DNA from: Armatimonadota bacterium
GTDB taxonomy: Bacteria > Armatimonadota > UBA5829 > DTLH01
Assembly (NCBI GenBank): GCA_038207085.1
Contig: JBBRAE010000005.1
Location: 32,001-96,000, forward strand
Direction of reading: 5' to 3'
DNA: 64,000 nucleotides
Below the pieces are notes generated by a model, which saw only the letters and a list, made by a program, of their open reading frames with translations, was not told the origin of the DNA and ran no database searches. The translations under genes were made by a program, and so were the position numbers. Numbering within the stretch: the stretch's first letter is position 1; each line of letters opens with the position of its first letter. Of the stretch, positions 28,892-38,966 are shown one piece after another.

Positions 28892-29100
28892 GGGCGTTCG
28901 GCGCTGCCCGACAGCTAAGATACGTTCGCCCTGGTCTGTGGATAACATAGCTCTGCTATAAGTGGGGGATGTTGGGTATAATGAATGTAACTTAGTGATA
29001 GCCGGCACAGATCGCAACGCTCGTCGAGAAAGAGGCTATTGTGCCTGAGTCCTTGCGTCTGATATCATTGTAGTTGAGGGGATCAGTTAGGAGGAAATGC

Positions 29101-30093
29101 ATGAGCAACTCTATGAACCGTCGCGATTTTCTGAAGATCACGGGAGCAGTCAGCATCGGGGCGGCAGCCCTTTCCATAGGCGGCGCGTCCGCTCTGACCA
29201 AACCCGTCGAGAAGAGATCGACCAAACTACCGCAGAGAGTCCTCGGGCGCACCGGCGAGAGCGTGAGCATTATCGGGATAGGCGGCGTAGGGATGATCGT
29301 CGAGGCCGAAGAGGAAGACGTTGTGTCGATGCTGAACGAGGCAATCGACATCGGAATCACCTACTTGGACACCTCCCCTATTTACGGCAAGGAGCGCTTG
29401 AGCGAGCACAGGCTCGGCCTTGTCCTGGCAAAGCGTCGGAGCGAAGTCTTTCTTGCAGGGAAGTGCGAAGCGCGCAACTACGACGGCATCATGAAAGACG
29501 TCGAGGAAAGCCTGAAAGAGCTTCAGACCGACCACTTCGACCTCCTCCAGCTCCACTACTGGCCGAACCGCAACGCCTGGAACGTCGACCCCTGGAATGT
29601 GCTCGGCGGGCCCAAGGGCGTAATGGCCGCGTTTGCCAAGCTCAAAGAGCAGGGCGTCATCAAATACTGCGGGCTGACCGGACACCCAATCGATAAGTTC
29701 GCGATGCGCGACGACATGCGCCGGGCAATCTCACGCTACGACTTTGACACAGTGCTCTGCTTCGTCAACCCCAAGCAGGAGAGCCTGTGGGTTACCCGCG
29801 AGCTGATCCCCGTCGCGCGCCGCAAGAATATGGGCGTCATCGGAATGAAGATGTTCGGCGGCGGCACACCGGGCGCGCTTGTCGGCAAGAAACCCGGACA
29901 GACCAGCGCGAAAGAGCTCTTCCGCTACGCGCTCAGCCAGCCGATACACGTCTCTATCCCCGCTGTGACGAGCATCGATCAGTTGAGGACAAACGTCGAG
30001 TGGGTCAAGGCCTTCAAGCCGATGACCGCAGAGGAGTCCAAGACCCTGATCGCTCAGGTAAACGTCCCTGGCGGCGCCAAACAGATGATTTAG
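29101..30093 (+). CDS. Aldo/keto reductase with twin-arginine (Tat) signal peptide
   Basis: NRRDFLK signal; LGRTG, DTSPIYG..SE, SLKELQTDHFDLLQLH and IGMK motifs; AGGAGG ribosome-binding site. Confidence 0.88.
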   Translation: MSNSMNRRDFLKITGAVSIGAAALSIGGASALTKPVEKRSTKLPQRVLGRTGESVSIIGIGGVGMIVEAEEEDVVSMLNEAIDIGITYLDTSPIYGKERLSEHRLGLVLAKRRSEVFLAGKCEARNYDGIMKDVEESLKELQTDHFDLLQLHYWPNRNAWNVDPWNVLGGPKGVMAAFAKLKEQGVIKYCGLTGHPIDKFAMRDDMRRAISRYDFDTVLCFVNPKQESLWVTRELIPVARRKNMGVIGMKMFGGGTPGALVGKKPGQTSAKELFRYALSQPIHVSIPAVTSIDQLRTNVEWVKAFKPMTAEESKTLIAQVNVPGGAKQMI

Positions 30094-30170
30094 CCCGCTT
30101 TATTAGTGAAGCGAATAAAGCTTTCGCTAACAGAGCATTATTCACGCTACTCGTGAATAATGCGGGTTAG
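30091..30170 (+). mobile_element. 80-bp MITE-like element with TA ends
   Basis: TAGCCCGC...GCGGGTTAG with two internal hairpins; near-identical inverted copy at 55795-55874. Confidence 0.75.
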
Positions 30171-30235
30171 AAGTCACAAATGGTTAGTCGCCAGGTGTTG
30201 TGGTTGACACACAATGCCTGGCTGCTGGCTACTAG

Positions 30236-30508
30236 TCACCCCCTCGCTGAAGCTATTTCGCGCTCCAATGCTTCCGCCACTCTTTCGACCACACGCCCGC
30301 CCAGGGAGTCTTTGGCGCGGATGGTGATAGCTCCGCCCCTGCTCGATTGATCGAGGACGAGGTTCTTGCCGTCGATCACGACGCCCCACACCCCTCCGCC
30401 GTCGATGATATTCGCAAACCCGAGATCGACACTTGAGCCGAAGCTCTCGCGCAGCACCAGGATGACCATCAGCGCGTCGGGCCAGTTGTATGTCTCGACA
30501 TTTATCAA
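30236..30508 (-). CDS. Hypothetical protein (90 aa)
   Basis: Start overlaps the upstream stop (TTGA); no recognised motif. Confidence 0.5.
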   Translation of the reverse strand: MINVETYNWPDALMVILVLRESFGSSVDLGFANIIDGGGVWGVVIDGKNLVLDQSSRGGAITIRAKDSLGGRVVERVAEALEREIASARG

Positions 30509-31113
30509 TGGTCTATCGGGAGTATCCCGGCGATCACCTTGAACGGGACCAGCGCCGAGGCCGCAACGACCTCTTTGGACGGCGCGCCCGAAACAATCGT
30601 CTCAGATAGCACGATCTGCATCCTGTAGTTGCCCGGCCGCAGATCACTTGACGGCTGGAGCCTGAGCGGAGCGCCGACGAACCCTCCGCGGCTGATGCTC
30701 ACCCAAAAACTCTGCATATCGACCTTGGAGTCGGTCTCTCCAGAATCAAGCATCTCTGCGACGAGTTTGCCACCCTGATTGAACACCCGCACTCTCCCAG
30801 GGCGCTCCACCGAGTCGACAAAAAACGGGTTGAAGACTCTCCGAGGCTGCCAGGCGCACCTGATCACGCACTGCGCCGCAAACCCATCGCCCGCCCGGTA
30901 CTCGGTCTTATCGAGTGTGAACTCGACCGAAAGCCCTTCATAGTCCGAGGCCTCAGCGGGGCTGATCTTGGCAGAAGGCGAAACTGGAGACTGTTTATCA
31001 GCCTTTGGCACAGGGATCCTGAGCTTGGGCTGATCCTCAGGGGACGCGAGCGCGACGCCGCCAACCAAAACCGCGGCGAGCACTCCCACAACTATCGATA
31101 AAGCTGGTTTCAT
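30505..31113 (-). CDS. Secreted hypothetical protein (beta-sandwich-like)
   Basis: Signal peptide ending ALA; LDKTEY..GD and LRPGNYRM; GAAGGGA ribosome-binding site. Confidence 0.7.
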   Translation of the reverse strand: MKPALSIVVGVLAAVLVGGVALASPEDQPKLRIPVPKADKQSPVSPSAKISPAEASDYEGLSVEFTLDKTEYRAGDGFAAQCVIRCAWQPRRVFNPFFVDSVERPGRVRVFNQGGKLVAEMLDSGETDSKVDMQSFWVSISRGGFVGAPLRLQPSSDLRPGNYRMQIVLSETIVSGAPSKEVVAASALVPFKVIAGILPIDH

Positions 31114-31261
31114 AAGCCGATTTCCCTTCGAGCAAGTCGCTCTGATGAGTCAGTATATCACGTTTGCCTCTCCCCCTGGAACATTTACGAGTCCGAACCA
31201 GTCAAGCAAATACGCTCGCCAGGCACAAGACAATTACCTGCGCGCAGAGAGGGGTAGTACA

Positions 31262-34200
31262 ATGAACCTGAACCGCCTGTCTCTAATCCTCGCGACGGTC
31301 CTCGCTTTAGCCACCATCGCTCTATCGGCTCCGGCACCAGTCGCACAAATCGTCGGCCACTGGGGAGGGGCGTGTGACAAAACAGCCGTCTCAGAAGGAT
31401 TCGCCTGCGTCAGCCGCGGCCTCGACCTTGTCACGCTCGATGTCTCCGACCCGACCCACCCAAAGGAGCTGGGGGAGACTGTGCTTCCCGCTCCCCCAGC
31501 GTCTATGAAGATCCGGGATCGCTATCTTTATGCAACCCTCGGGGAAGCCGGGATGCTGGTCATCGACATTCACAAGCCGGAAAAGCCGAGAATAGTCGCA
31601 AAGCTTGACACCCCCGGCAACGCGACCCAGTTCGACTTCTGCGGGCGATACCTCTATGTAGCCGACGGAAAAGATGGTCTGCAGATCATCGGGATAACAA
31701 ACCCGCGCAAGCCGGTGCTGATCGTTGCGGCAGACTTGGGTCTTGTCGAACCAGTAGTAGGCATAGCCGTATCGGGAAACACTGCGTGCGTCACAAGCAC
31801 TTCCGAATTTGTGGTGCTCGATACGTCAGACCCGGCCCACCCCAAAATAGCGAGTAAAATTAGCGATATAGACTATTATTGCCCCAGATTTGGCCCCGTA
31901 ACGGTTTCCGGCACATGCGCCTATACCTTTGACGGCGCGGAAATGCGCTTCGTCGACATTTCGGACCCGACCAGCCCAATACTGGAAGATGACTATCTTA
32001 CTCTTGACACATATGGCAGCAGGGCCGACTTCGCGGTGTCCGAAAACCGTGCATATATTGTTAGTTACCAAGCCTGGCCGCCAGTGTTTCGGGATCAGGG
32101 GCTGAACATCTTGGACATATCGGATCATTCCAACGTCAAACGCATCTACAGGACACCTGTCAGTGCAAAAGGGGTTGCTGTCGATGGTGGTTTGGTGTAT
32201 ATGTGTGGCACCACAGGTCTGTCTATCCTTGACCCGGGTGCGCTGCAACCACCACTTGCAGCAAACAATGGATATCTTAATGATTCCGTGCAAGATATGG
32301 CGGTTCAGGGACAGTATGCGTACCTCGCAGTTGAACCCAATGTGCTTAAGGTAGTCGATATCTCGGACATGGCAGCTCCGGTTCTCAAGGGAGAAGCGCC
32401 CACCTCGTCCAAGCCCCAAGGCATAGCGGTCTCAGGAAGCTACGCCTGCGTCAGCACAAGCGAAAAATTGCAGGTCTTTGACGTTTCAGTTCCCACCGCC
32501 CCAGTTCTGAAGGGAGAGGTAAGCTGCCCGCCTGGTCCTGTGGCCATCTGGACACACTACGCATGTCTCTATTCGAGCAACAGGTTCTTTGTCATCGACC
32601 TATCGGACCCGGTGCACCCCGTTGTTACCGGCCAAACTATGCTATCACTTGGATCCTCAAAGACCAGACCCAAGGTCATCGCATCCGGAGGCTACGCGTA
32701 TATAAGCAACTACACCTACGGGGTTGCCATAGTCGATATTTGAAAACCATCTGCTCCTGTCCAAGTTGGCGGATACCCGTGCAACACGCTAACGAGCTTT
32801 GAGATCAAAGGCAATACTTTGTTCGCTGGCACTGTCCAGAACTGGATGGAGATCGTGGACATTTCCAATCCCGCCACACCCGTAAGAATAAGAATTGACC
32901 CGCGAACACTGAAGTCCGGAATACGTGGACTATCATCCTACGGGTCCTTCCTCGGCGTCTTAGGAAATGACGATAACCTCTATCTATTTGACGCGGGGCT
33001 TATCGACGAGCAACCCGCGATGTGGTATCGTGAAGCGGTATACAGCATTCCGGCTCGCACTGGTAGCCCTCAATTTAGCAGTCCATTGCCCTCATTCACG
33101 CTGACGTCTGCCGGAGCGTGCATTGGCGTCGCCGTCCCACAACTGACCCCTTACGGCGACCCAAGCCAAGCCGCCCAAGGGCTGCATACGATCAGCATAC
33201 CCAACGTCGATGCGAAGCTCAAGATCGGCGAAGCAATACTTGGGGCAGCCATCACAGATGTCGAAGCCAGCGGACAGCAGGTATTTGCGATCGGCCTCGG
33301 TGGAATTCTGGTTTCACTGGACACCTCCGACCCGACACAGCCCAGGTTGCAGGGCATCACAATTACCGCCGACAACAATATCCAGTTCCTGCGCGACCAA
33401 TACCTGACACTCGGGAACAGCTGGGGATGGGAGACTTACGACGTTTCGCTCCCTGCAAAGCCCACAAAAGTCGGCGCAAACACCTCTATAAAGGGACCCA
33501 AGTCAACCATCTGTGGGAGCTTTGCCTACGCGATCGACGGCTCATCAGCGATGCAGGTCGTCAGCATCTCAGATCCTGCGCCTATGAAGGTCGTCGCCGC
33601 GGTGAACCTGAATGGGCGGATCGATGGCATCACATCGTCAGATCACTATATTTATGTAGGCCTTTCCGGCGTGGCTGGCACGTCTGGTGGGGTACTCGCA
33701 GTGCTCAACGCAACCGATCCACTGAATCCAGTCAAGGTCGGCGAGATCACTTGGGCAAATAACAACTACGTGTACGAACTTCGCACCCAGGGGCAGTATC
33801 TATACGCGAAGATGAGCAACTCACTCAATATAGTCGACGTGTCAGTCCCAACAAGCCCCAAAGTCGTAGGAAGTCTGGTCATTAATCTGCCCGGAGATTA
33901 TCGACCAGTCGGCGATCGCCTCTACTTCACAACTGGCGCGAGCGTCGGTGTCGTAGATATCTCAGACCCCACCAACCCACGGCTTGTTCAGACAATCCCA
34001 ATGCCGATGCGCCCGGAAGACCGCGTGCCCATATTGCCTATGAGCGTATCCGGCGAGAATGTATTTGTCGCTGCAGGCACATCGGGCGTGTTCATATTCG
34101 GTCCGACACCCACGCCTGAGCTCGCCTACACCGGCCAACTCTTCGTAAGCGTCGGCGGGATAGACCTCTCGGCAACTCCTGTGGGCAAGAGCCCAACCCC

Positions 34201-34759
34201 GAACCTCGACCTCAAGTTCAAAGCGCAGGGCGTCTCGGGAGGGCTCTACCTCACCAACACAGTCGTGACAAACGTGATTGGATGCGCCTCCGTCAGGGCT
34301 GTCTGGCCCGCAGGCGTCTACGAGGTGAGCGTCACCGATGCAGGCGGCAGGCCCTACTCCAAACCCACCGCCGTAGCGATCTACAACCCCTCCAAGAAGG
34401 GCGACGCAGTTGCCGGAACGATTGTCGCAGGCGCGGGGCGGCAGGTCTCCCTCGGCATGCTCTGTGAGGCCGGTCCAGCACCCGGCTCGATGCTCCTGGT
34501 CGATCCAAACTCCGGGGCCAGAGTCGTCTCAAGCAGCCTGCGGAGGACGAAGTTCGTCGAGCAGAACGCGGTGTACTCCGGCATCTGCAGCTTCCAGGCA
34601 GGTAGCGGCCGAAGTGTGTCCGCCTGCGTCGAGCTTATAGTCGGCTCTAAAGGAAACAACTCAGCGGCGAGCGTCCGGGTCAAGAGGTCACAGGCGAGCC
34701 AGGACGCGCTCTACGAGGCCTCAGGCCCTTTGAAAAACGGCGGGATCAGACTGCAGTAG
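31262..34759 (+). pseudogene. Secreted LVIVD-repeat (beta-propeller) protein interrupted by one in-frame TGA at 32741-32743
   Basis: Signal peptide; many (L/V)xIxDISDPxxP repeats. ORFs 31145-32743 and 32819-34759 share a frame, and the gap reads VDI*KPSAPVQVGGY...LFAG. Confidence 0.8.
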
Positions 34760-34767
34760 AAAGAGAC

Positions 34768-34799
34768 ACGTTGCCCGCTCTCTTGGGGGCGGGCAACGT
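34768..34799. terminator. Hairpin terminator after the LVIVD gene
   Basis: ACGTTGCCCGC...GCGGGCAACGT. Confidence 0.6.
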
Positions 34800-34859
34800 T
34801 GACAAACCATCACGTTCTATCCCTGATCCGTTTGATGAACCAGTAGTACAAGCCTGGAA

Positions 34860-35168
34860 AAAGCACCCAGCCGAGCAAGCGCAGCCTTGCTCGAGTTGTA
34901 GACCGGAGCGTACGCCGAGGGCAGGAACCCGACGAGGCTTGATTCGTTGATCACCGTCCCCCACCCCTGCCGCTCCATCACCCCGAGCGCGAGCTTCACC
35001 CCCTCGGCCGTCGCAAAGAAATTGAGGTCAAAATACGCACGGACGTCCTCCATAGAGGTCTCGCTAAACGGCCCAACAAACCCCGCGCCCGCATCGTTCA
35101 CAAACACGTCGGTCGGCACGACAAGCGCCTTGGCCCCAAGCTTCTCAATCTCGTCCTTAAGCTCATTC
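34860..35168 (-). pseudogene. Short-chain dehydrogenase/reductase remnant
   Basis: NELKDEIEKLGAKALVVPTDV/FVNDAG...DLNFF...INESSLVG...YNSSKAAL; lacks the N-terminal Rossmann GxxxGxG motif and the C-terminus. Confidence 0.75.
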
Positions 35169-35171
35169 TAC

Positions 35172-35316
35172 GTTGGCCCGGATTTGAAATCCGGGGCCTG
35201 TTGGCAAACAAGGGATCTGTGATCCCGTTCTTTCGACCGTGCCCAATCAACCGGCATAACAGATGCCTATTCGGCACAGACGTCCCGGATTGCAAATCCG
35301 GACGAACGATAGGTGC
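35172..35316. repeat. REPIN-like repeat family A, copy 2 (inverted)
   Basis: Reverse complement matches 18013-18157; TGCAAATCCGGACGAAC is repeated just beyond the right end. Confidence 0.85.
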
Positions 35317-35439
35317 AAATCCGGACGAACAAGATGGAAATCTATCTCTCGACAAGAGGCACTGCCTATCGACCTCCACTCACCTCTTAATTTTGACTTT
35401 TGCACTTTGCATTTTTCATTTTGCATTTCCCCCTCACTC

Positions 35440-35455
35440 TGGCACGCAAATTGCA
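35440..35455 (+). promoter_or_regulatory. Sigma54 (-24/-12) promoter
   Basis: TGGCAC-GCAAA-TTGCA, an exact TGGCAC-N5-TTGCW match just upstream of the beta-helix gene. Confidence 0.7.
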
Positions 35456-35486
35456 TTATAAATAGATGAAAGAGTCGTTCATCATC

Positions 35487-37022
35487 ATGACGTTACCGCT
35501 CTACCGAATCATACTGGCCGCCATATCGATTTTATTCGCAGCAGGGGTCCCTTGCGGCGCTGTGCGCTATTACGTCGACGCGGGCTCGACTGCTGTCGTG
35601 CGCGACGGATCGTCCTGGGCAAAGGCGTTCAAGAAGATTGGTGACGCCGTCGCGGTCGCAAAGTTCGGCTCAGAGATCTGGGTCAAGGCCGGGGTCTATC
35701 AGGAGCCGCCGCTTGTTCTGAACTCCTATTTGTGGCTCTACGGCGGATTTATCGGCTTTGAGACCAAACAAGAGTACCGTATCCCGGGCGCGTTCCCGAG
35801 CATAATCGATGTAGACCGCCAGGGCAGCGTCATCACCGTCGCAAGAGATAAGCGCTGCACCATCGACGGCTTTACGATTCGAAACGGTTTCGCAATGTAT
35901 GGAGGCGGGCTGAACTGCCAGACCAACTCCGTTGTCAACATGCGAAACTGCCGAATCGAAGGCTGTGAGGCGACTTACGCCGGAGGCGGAGCGTACTTTG
36001 GCACCTATGCGCCGATGGACTTTATCGGCGGACTGACCGACTGCGTGGTCATCGGCAACACCTCAGCGCAGGGCGGCGGGGTGGTGATCGAGTATCACTG
36101 CGCGGCGGTCTTGACGCGCTGTCTAATCATCCGAAACCACGCGACATCAAACGGCGGCGGGGTCTACTGTCCGTTTCACTGCGATGGCCGGATGTACTAC
36201 TGCACCGTCGCTTACAACTCGGCCGGTGAGACGTCCGGCGGCGCTTACGTGCACTACGGTGGCAACGTCGCTTTCACGAACAGTATCTTTGCCTTCAACT
36301 CTGCGCCCACTTCAGGCGGGCTCGGTGGAGGCGGCGGGACCAACTCGCTGCAGTACAGCTACTGCAACCTTTTTGGCAATCAGGGCGGCGACTGGGGTGG
36401 AAACATCCTTGACCCGTCGAGGTTTCTCGGAAACTACTCGGCGGACCCGAGGTTCATCGCCCCGGAGCGCGATGAGTTTCATCTATGGTCAAATTCACCC
36501 TGCACAAGCGCGGGGTGCTTCGCAGTTGAGAGCCCTTACCGGATCGAGCGCATCGGAGTCGCAAAGAGCCTGCCCACAGGCACGAGTGTGCGGCTTCGGG
36601 GCAAGATCGTCTCCGGTGTGCGTGATGGAATCACCTACATTCAGGAGCACGACCGGGCGGCGGCGATCGCTGTCACAGGGCTTTCGGGTTACACATCGGG
36701 TCAGGTGCTTCGGGACATCACCGGCGTGATCAGCGGCGACGTACGAACCCTTGCCGCAGGCACGACGACAACCCAGGCGGGGTTCAGCTACCCGTTCAAA
36801 CCGCTTGGGACGAATGTGTCGTCCATCGCGACGCTCACGGGCATGATGTCGCGGACCTGGGGCCGAGTCACAGGCCTTACCGTGGAGGGATTTGTGATAA
36901 ATGACGGGCGCACAGAGCTTCAGGTGATAGCAAGCGGCGCGTCGGTCGGCGATTTTGTTGTGGTAACGGGCGTGTATGCGCTCGATGGAAAGTTTGCGGC
37001 TGTTTCAGTCGTAAGAAAGTGA
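35487..37022 (+). CDS. Secreted right-handed beta-helix (pectin lyase fold / PMP-like GGG repeats) protein with C-terminal OB-fold-like modules
   Basis: Signal peptide; YYVD...DGSSWAKAF..I, EIWVKAGVY, IDGFTI, repeated N.A..GGG, N..ADPRF; start at 35466 or 35487. Confidence 0.78.
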   Translation: MTLPLYRIILAAISILFAAGVPCGAVRYYVDAGSTAVVRDGSSWAKAFKKIGDAVAVAKFGSEIWVKAGVYQEPPLVLNSYLWLYGGFIGFETKQEYRIPGAFPSIIDVDRQGSVITVARDKRCTIDGFTIRNGFAMYGGGLNCQTNSVVNMRNCRIEGCEATYAGGGAYFGTYAPMDFIGGLTDCVVIGNTSAQGGGVVIEYHCAAVLTRCLIIRNHATSNGGGVYCPFHCDGRMYYCTVAYNSAGETSGGAYVHYGGNVAFTNSIFAFNSAPTSGGLGGGGGTNSLQYSYCNLFGNQGGDWGGNILDPSRFLGNYSADPRFIAPERDEFHLWSNSPCTSAGCFAVESPYRIERIGVAKSLPTGTSVRLRGKIVSGVRDGITYIQEHDRAAAIAVTGLSGYTSGQVLRDITGVISGDVRTLAAGTTTTQAGFSYPFKPLGTNVSSIATLTGMMSRTWGRVTGLTVEGFVINDGRTELQVIASGASVGDFVVVTGVYALDGKFAAVSVVRK

Positions 37023-37034
37023 TTGGAGGTGAAT

Positions 37035-37235
37035 GTGAACAGGCTGATTTTTGTAGTTGAAAACGCACCCGAAGGCGGTTACGTCGCCCGCGCGCTTGGC
37101 ACAACGCTCTCTGCAAACGCGGAGGACTTGATCGAGCTTCGTCTGCGCGTTCAAGAGACCGTTCGGATGCAGATCGGTGACTGCGAGGCAGAACAGATCG
37201 GGTTTTTCGATCTTTCAAGGTCAATGGGGGCATAA
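37035..37235 (+). CDS. Short HicB-like antitoxin-domain protein
   Basis: GGAGGTG ribosome-binding site; LIFVVENAPEGGYVARALG...AEDLIELR..VQETV. Confidence 0.65.
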   Translation: MNRLIFVVENAPEGGYVARALGTTLSANAEDLIELRLRVQETVRMQIGDCEAEQIGFFDLSRSMGA

Positions 37236-37252
37236 CCAAACCCCCACCCAAA

Positions 37253-37882
37253 CTAGCCCCTGATCCACGGGTTCATGCGTCGTTCAGCGCCGATAGTCGA
37301 GCTCGGCCCGTGCCCGGGGTAGATGACGGTGTCGTCGGGCAGGGTGAGCAGCCGGTCATGTATCGACTCAAGAAGCGTCTCTGCCGAGCCACCCATAAAG
37401 TCGGTGCGCCCGATACTTCCCTCAAAGAGCGTGTCGCCTGTAAAGCAGGTCTTCCCCGAGACAAAGCACACTCCACCGGGTGTGTGCCCGGGCGTGTGGA
37501 TCACCCGAAGCTCGGTCTCCCCAAGCGCGATCACATCTCCGTGGTTCAAAAACTCCCCTAAGGTCGGCTCAATGTAGCGAGAAACGTCGTAGAAAAGCTC
37601 GACCAAGCCCGTTTCGTCGTGGAGCTGCGGCAGATCAAGCTCGTGCATCAACAGCTTAACACCGGGAAACTTCTGCTGAAGCTCGCCTGCGGCAAAGGAA
37701 TGGTCCGAGTGGCCGTGGGTGAGCAAAATATGCTTGAGCAGAGCGTCGTTGTCCTCTATCACACGGGCGATCACATCGGGCTCGTCACCGGGGTCGATAA
37801 CCGCCGCCTCGCGAGTTGACTGATCAATAACAAGGTAACAATTGGCCCCGAGTTGGCCCACGACTATTGGTTTGATTTCCAT
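37253..37882 (-). CDS. MBL-fold metallo-hydrolase (glyoxalase II-like)
   Basis: THGHSDH, HTPGHTPG, GDTLF..SIGRTD and PGHG motifs. Confidence 0.92.
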   Translation of the reverse strand: MEIKPIVVGQLGANCYLVIDQSTREAAVIDPGDEPDVIARVIEDNDALLKHILLTHGHSDHSFAAGELQQKFPGVKLLMHELDLPQLHDETGLVELFYDVSRYIEPTLGEFLNHGDVIALGETELRVIHTPGHTPGGVCFVSGKTCFTGDTLFEGSIGRTDFMGGSAETLLESIHDRLLTLPDDTVIYPGHGPSSTIGAERRMNPWIRG

Positions 37883-38758
37883 TTAGCAGCTTTCTTCCGT
37901 AGTCTGTTGTCTCATCTTCCGAAGGTTCACCGCGTCGAACGCGTCGAGCTGTCCCGCCTGCCTGTAGTGCGCGTAGGCTTCTCTGTCCGCCCCCTCGCGC
38001 GCATAGGCGTCTGCGAGGATCGCGTGGTAGGCCTGGTCCGCTGGCTTGAGCTCCACGGCACGTTTCATCGCGTGTATCGAGTCCGACACATAGCCCGCAC
38101 GAAGGTAGAGCATCCCTAGACGAATATTGTAATATGCGTCAAGCGGCGAGAATATCGTCGCCTGCTGCATCTCGATGATCGCGTCGGCCACACGCCCGGC
38201 GATGAGATAAAGGTCTCCGAGCCAGAAGTGATAGAACCCGTCAGACTCAGTCACCTGCACCGCGATCTCCAGATGCAGTATCGCCTCATCGACGAGCCCC
38301 ATCTGTGCGAGCGCGTCCCCAAGCTTGTACCTGTAGAACGGGTTCAAGGGGTTGTATTGCACGGCCTTGCGGTATTCGCCGACAGCAGCATAAAGCTTGC
38401 CGTAGCGGCGATATATCTCCGCAAGCCCAAAATGCGGCTCCGCGCGCCTGGGTTTGAGCTTGAGCGACTTTCGATACTCGGAGACGGCTTTGACAGAGTC
38501 TTCGGAGTAAGCGTAGGCGTCACCGAGGCGCTCACGAAAGTGAACATTTGCGCCTTCCATCTGCACCGCTTTTCGATAGTGCAGAATCGCGTCCTCAACG
38601 CGCCCTTCATTGCAGAGCCCGTCACCTATCTGCGCTCGTTCAAAGGCCGATGGGTCGCGCTTAGCTTGGGGCCGAGCATTGGGGTCGGTCCGCATGCGCT
38701 CTTCAAACTTGCCTTCGAGCCGTTCTGTATTTACGTTATCGAACTTGTTTTCTTCCAT
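37883..38758 (-). CDS. Tetratricopeptide repeat protein
   Basis: Repeated LGD.Y...G...A...Y.KA....P helical repeats. Confidence 0.85.
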   Translation of the reverse strand: MEENKFDNVNTERLEGKFEERMRTDPNARPQAKRDPSAFERAQIGDGLCNEGRVEDAILHYRKAVQMEGANVHFRERLGDAYAYSEDSVKAVSEYRKSLKLKPRRAEPHFGLAEIYRRYGKLYAAVGEYRKAVQYNPLNPFYRYKLGDALAQMGLVDEAILHLEIAVQVTESDGFYHFWLGDLYLIAGRVADAIIEMQQATIFSPLDAYYNIRLGMLYLRAGYVSDSIHAMKRAVELKPADQAYHAILADAYAREGADREAYAHYRQAGQLDAFDAVNLRKMRQQTTEESC

Positions 38759-38821
38759 ATCACTTACTATATCAACCGCCGAAGTAGGCAGCACACCATT
38801 TATTCGTTGCTCAGTTCACCG

Positions 38822-38956
38822 ACAAACTCACGTAGTGGCCGGTCGCCGTGCCGGCCATCAGCACCAAAGGCGCTGCGCCAACTGTGTAATCTCATATACA
38901 TGATCATTTGTACGACGCGTCTCGCGTCGATGGCCAGCCAGCGACCGGCCACTACA
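38822..38956. repeat. REPIN downstream of RAYT (135-bp direct repeat 1)
   Basis: GTAG-TGGCCGGTCGCCGTGCCGGCC ... GGCCAGCCAGCGACCGGCCA-CTAC; near-identical to 39485-39619. Confidence 0.92.
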
Positions 38957-38966
38957 TCAACTGCAC

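Noticed and set aside
28625..29017. 130-aa minus-strand ORF
   Set aside because: Runs through REP-derived sequence; no ribosome-binding site or motif seen.
32741..32790. Selenocysteine codon
   Set aside because: It is a Ser position in a structural repeat, with only weak downstream pairing and no redox motif.
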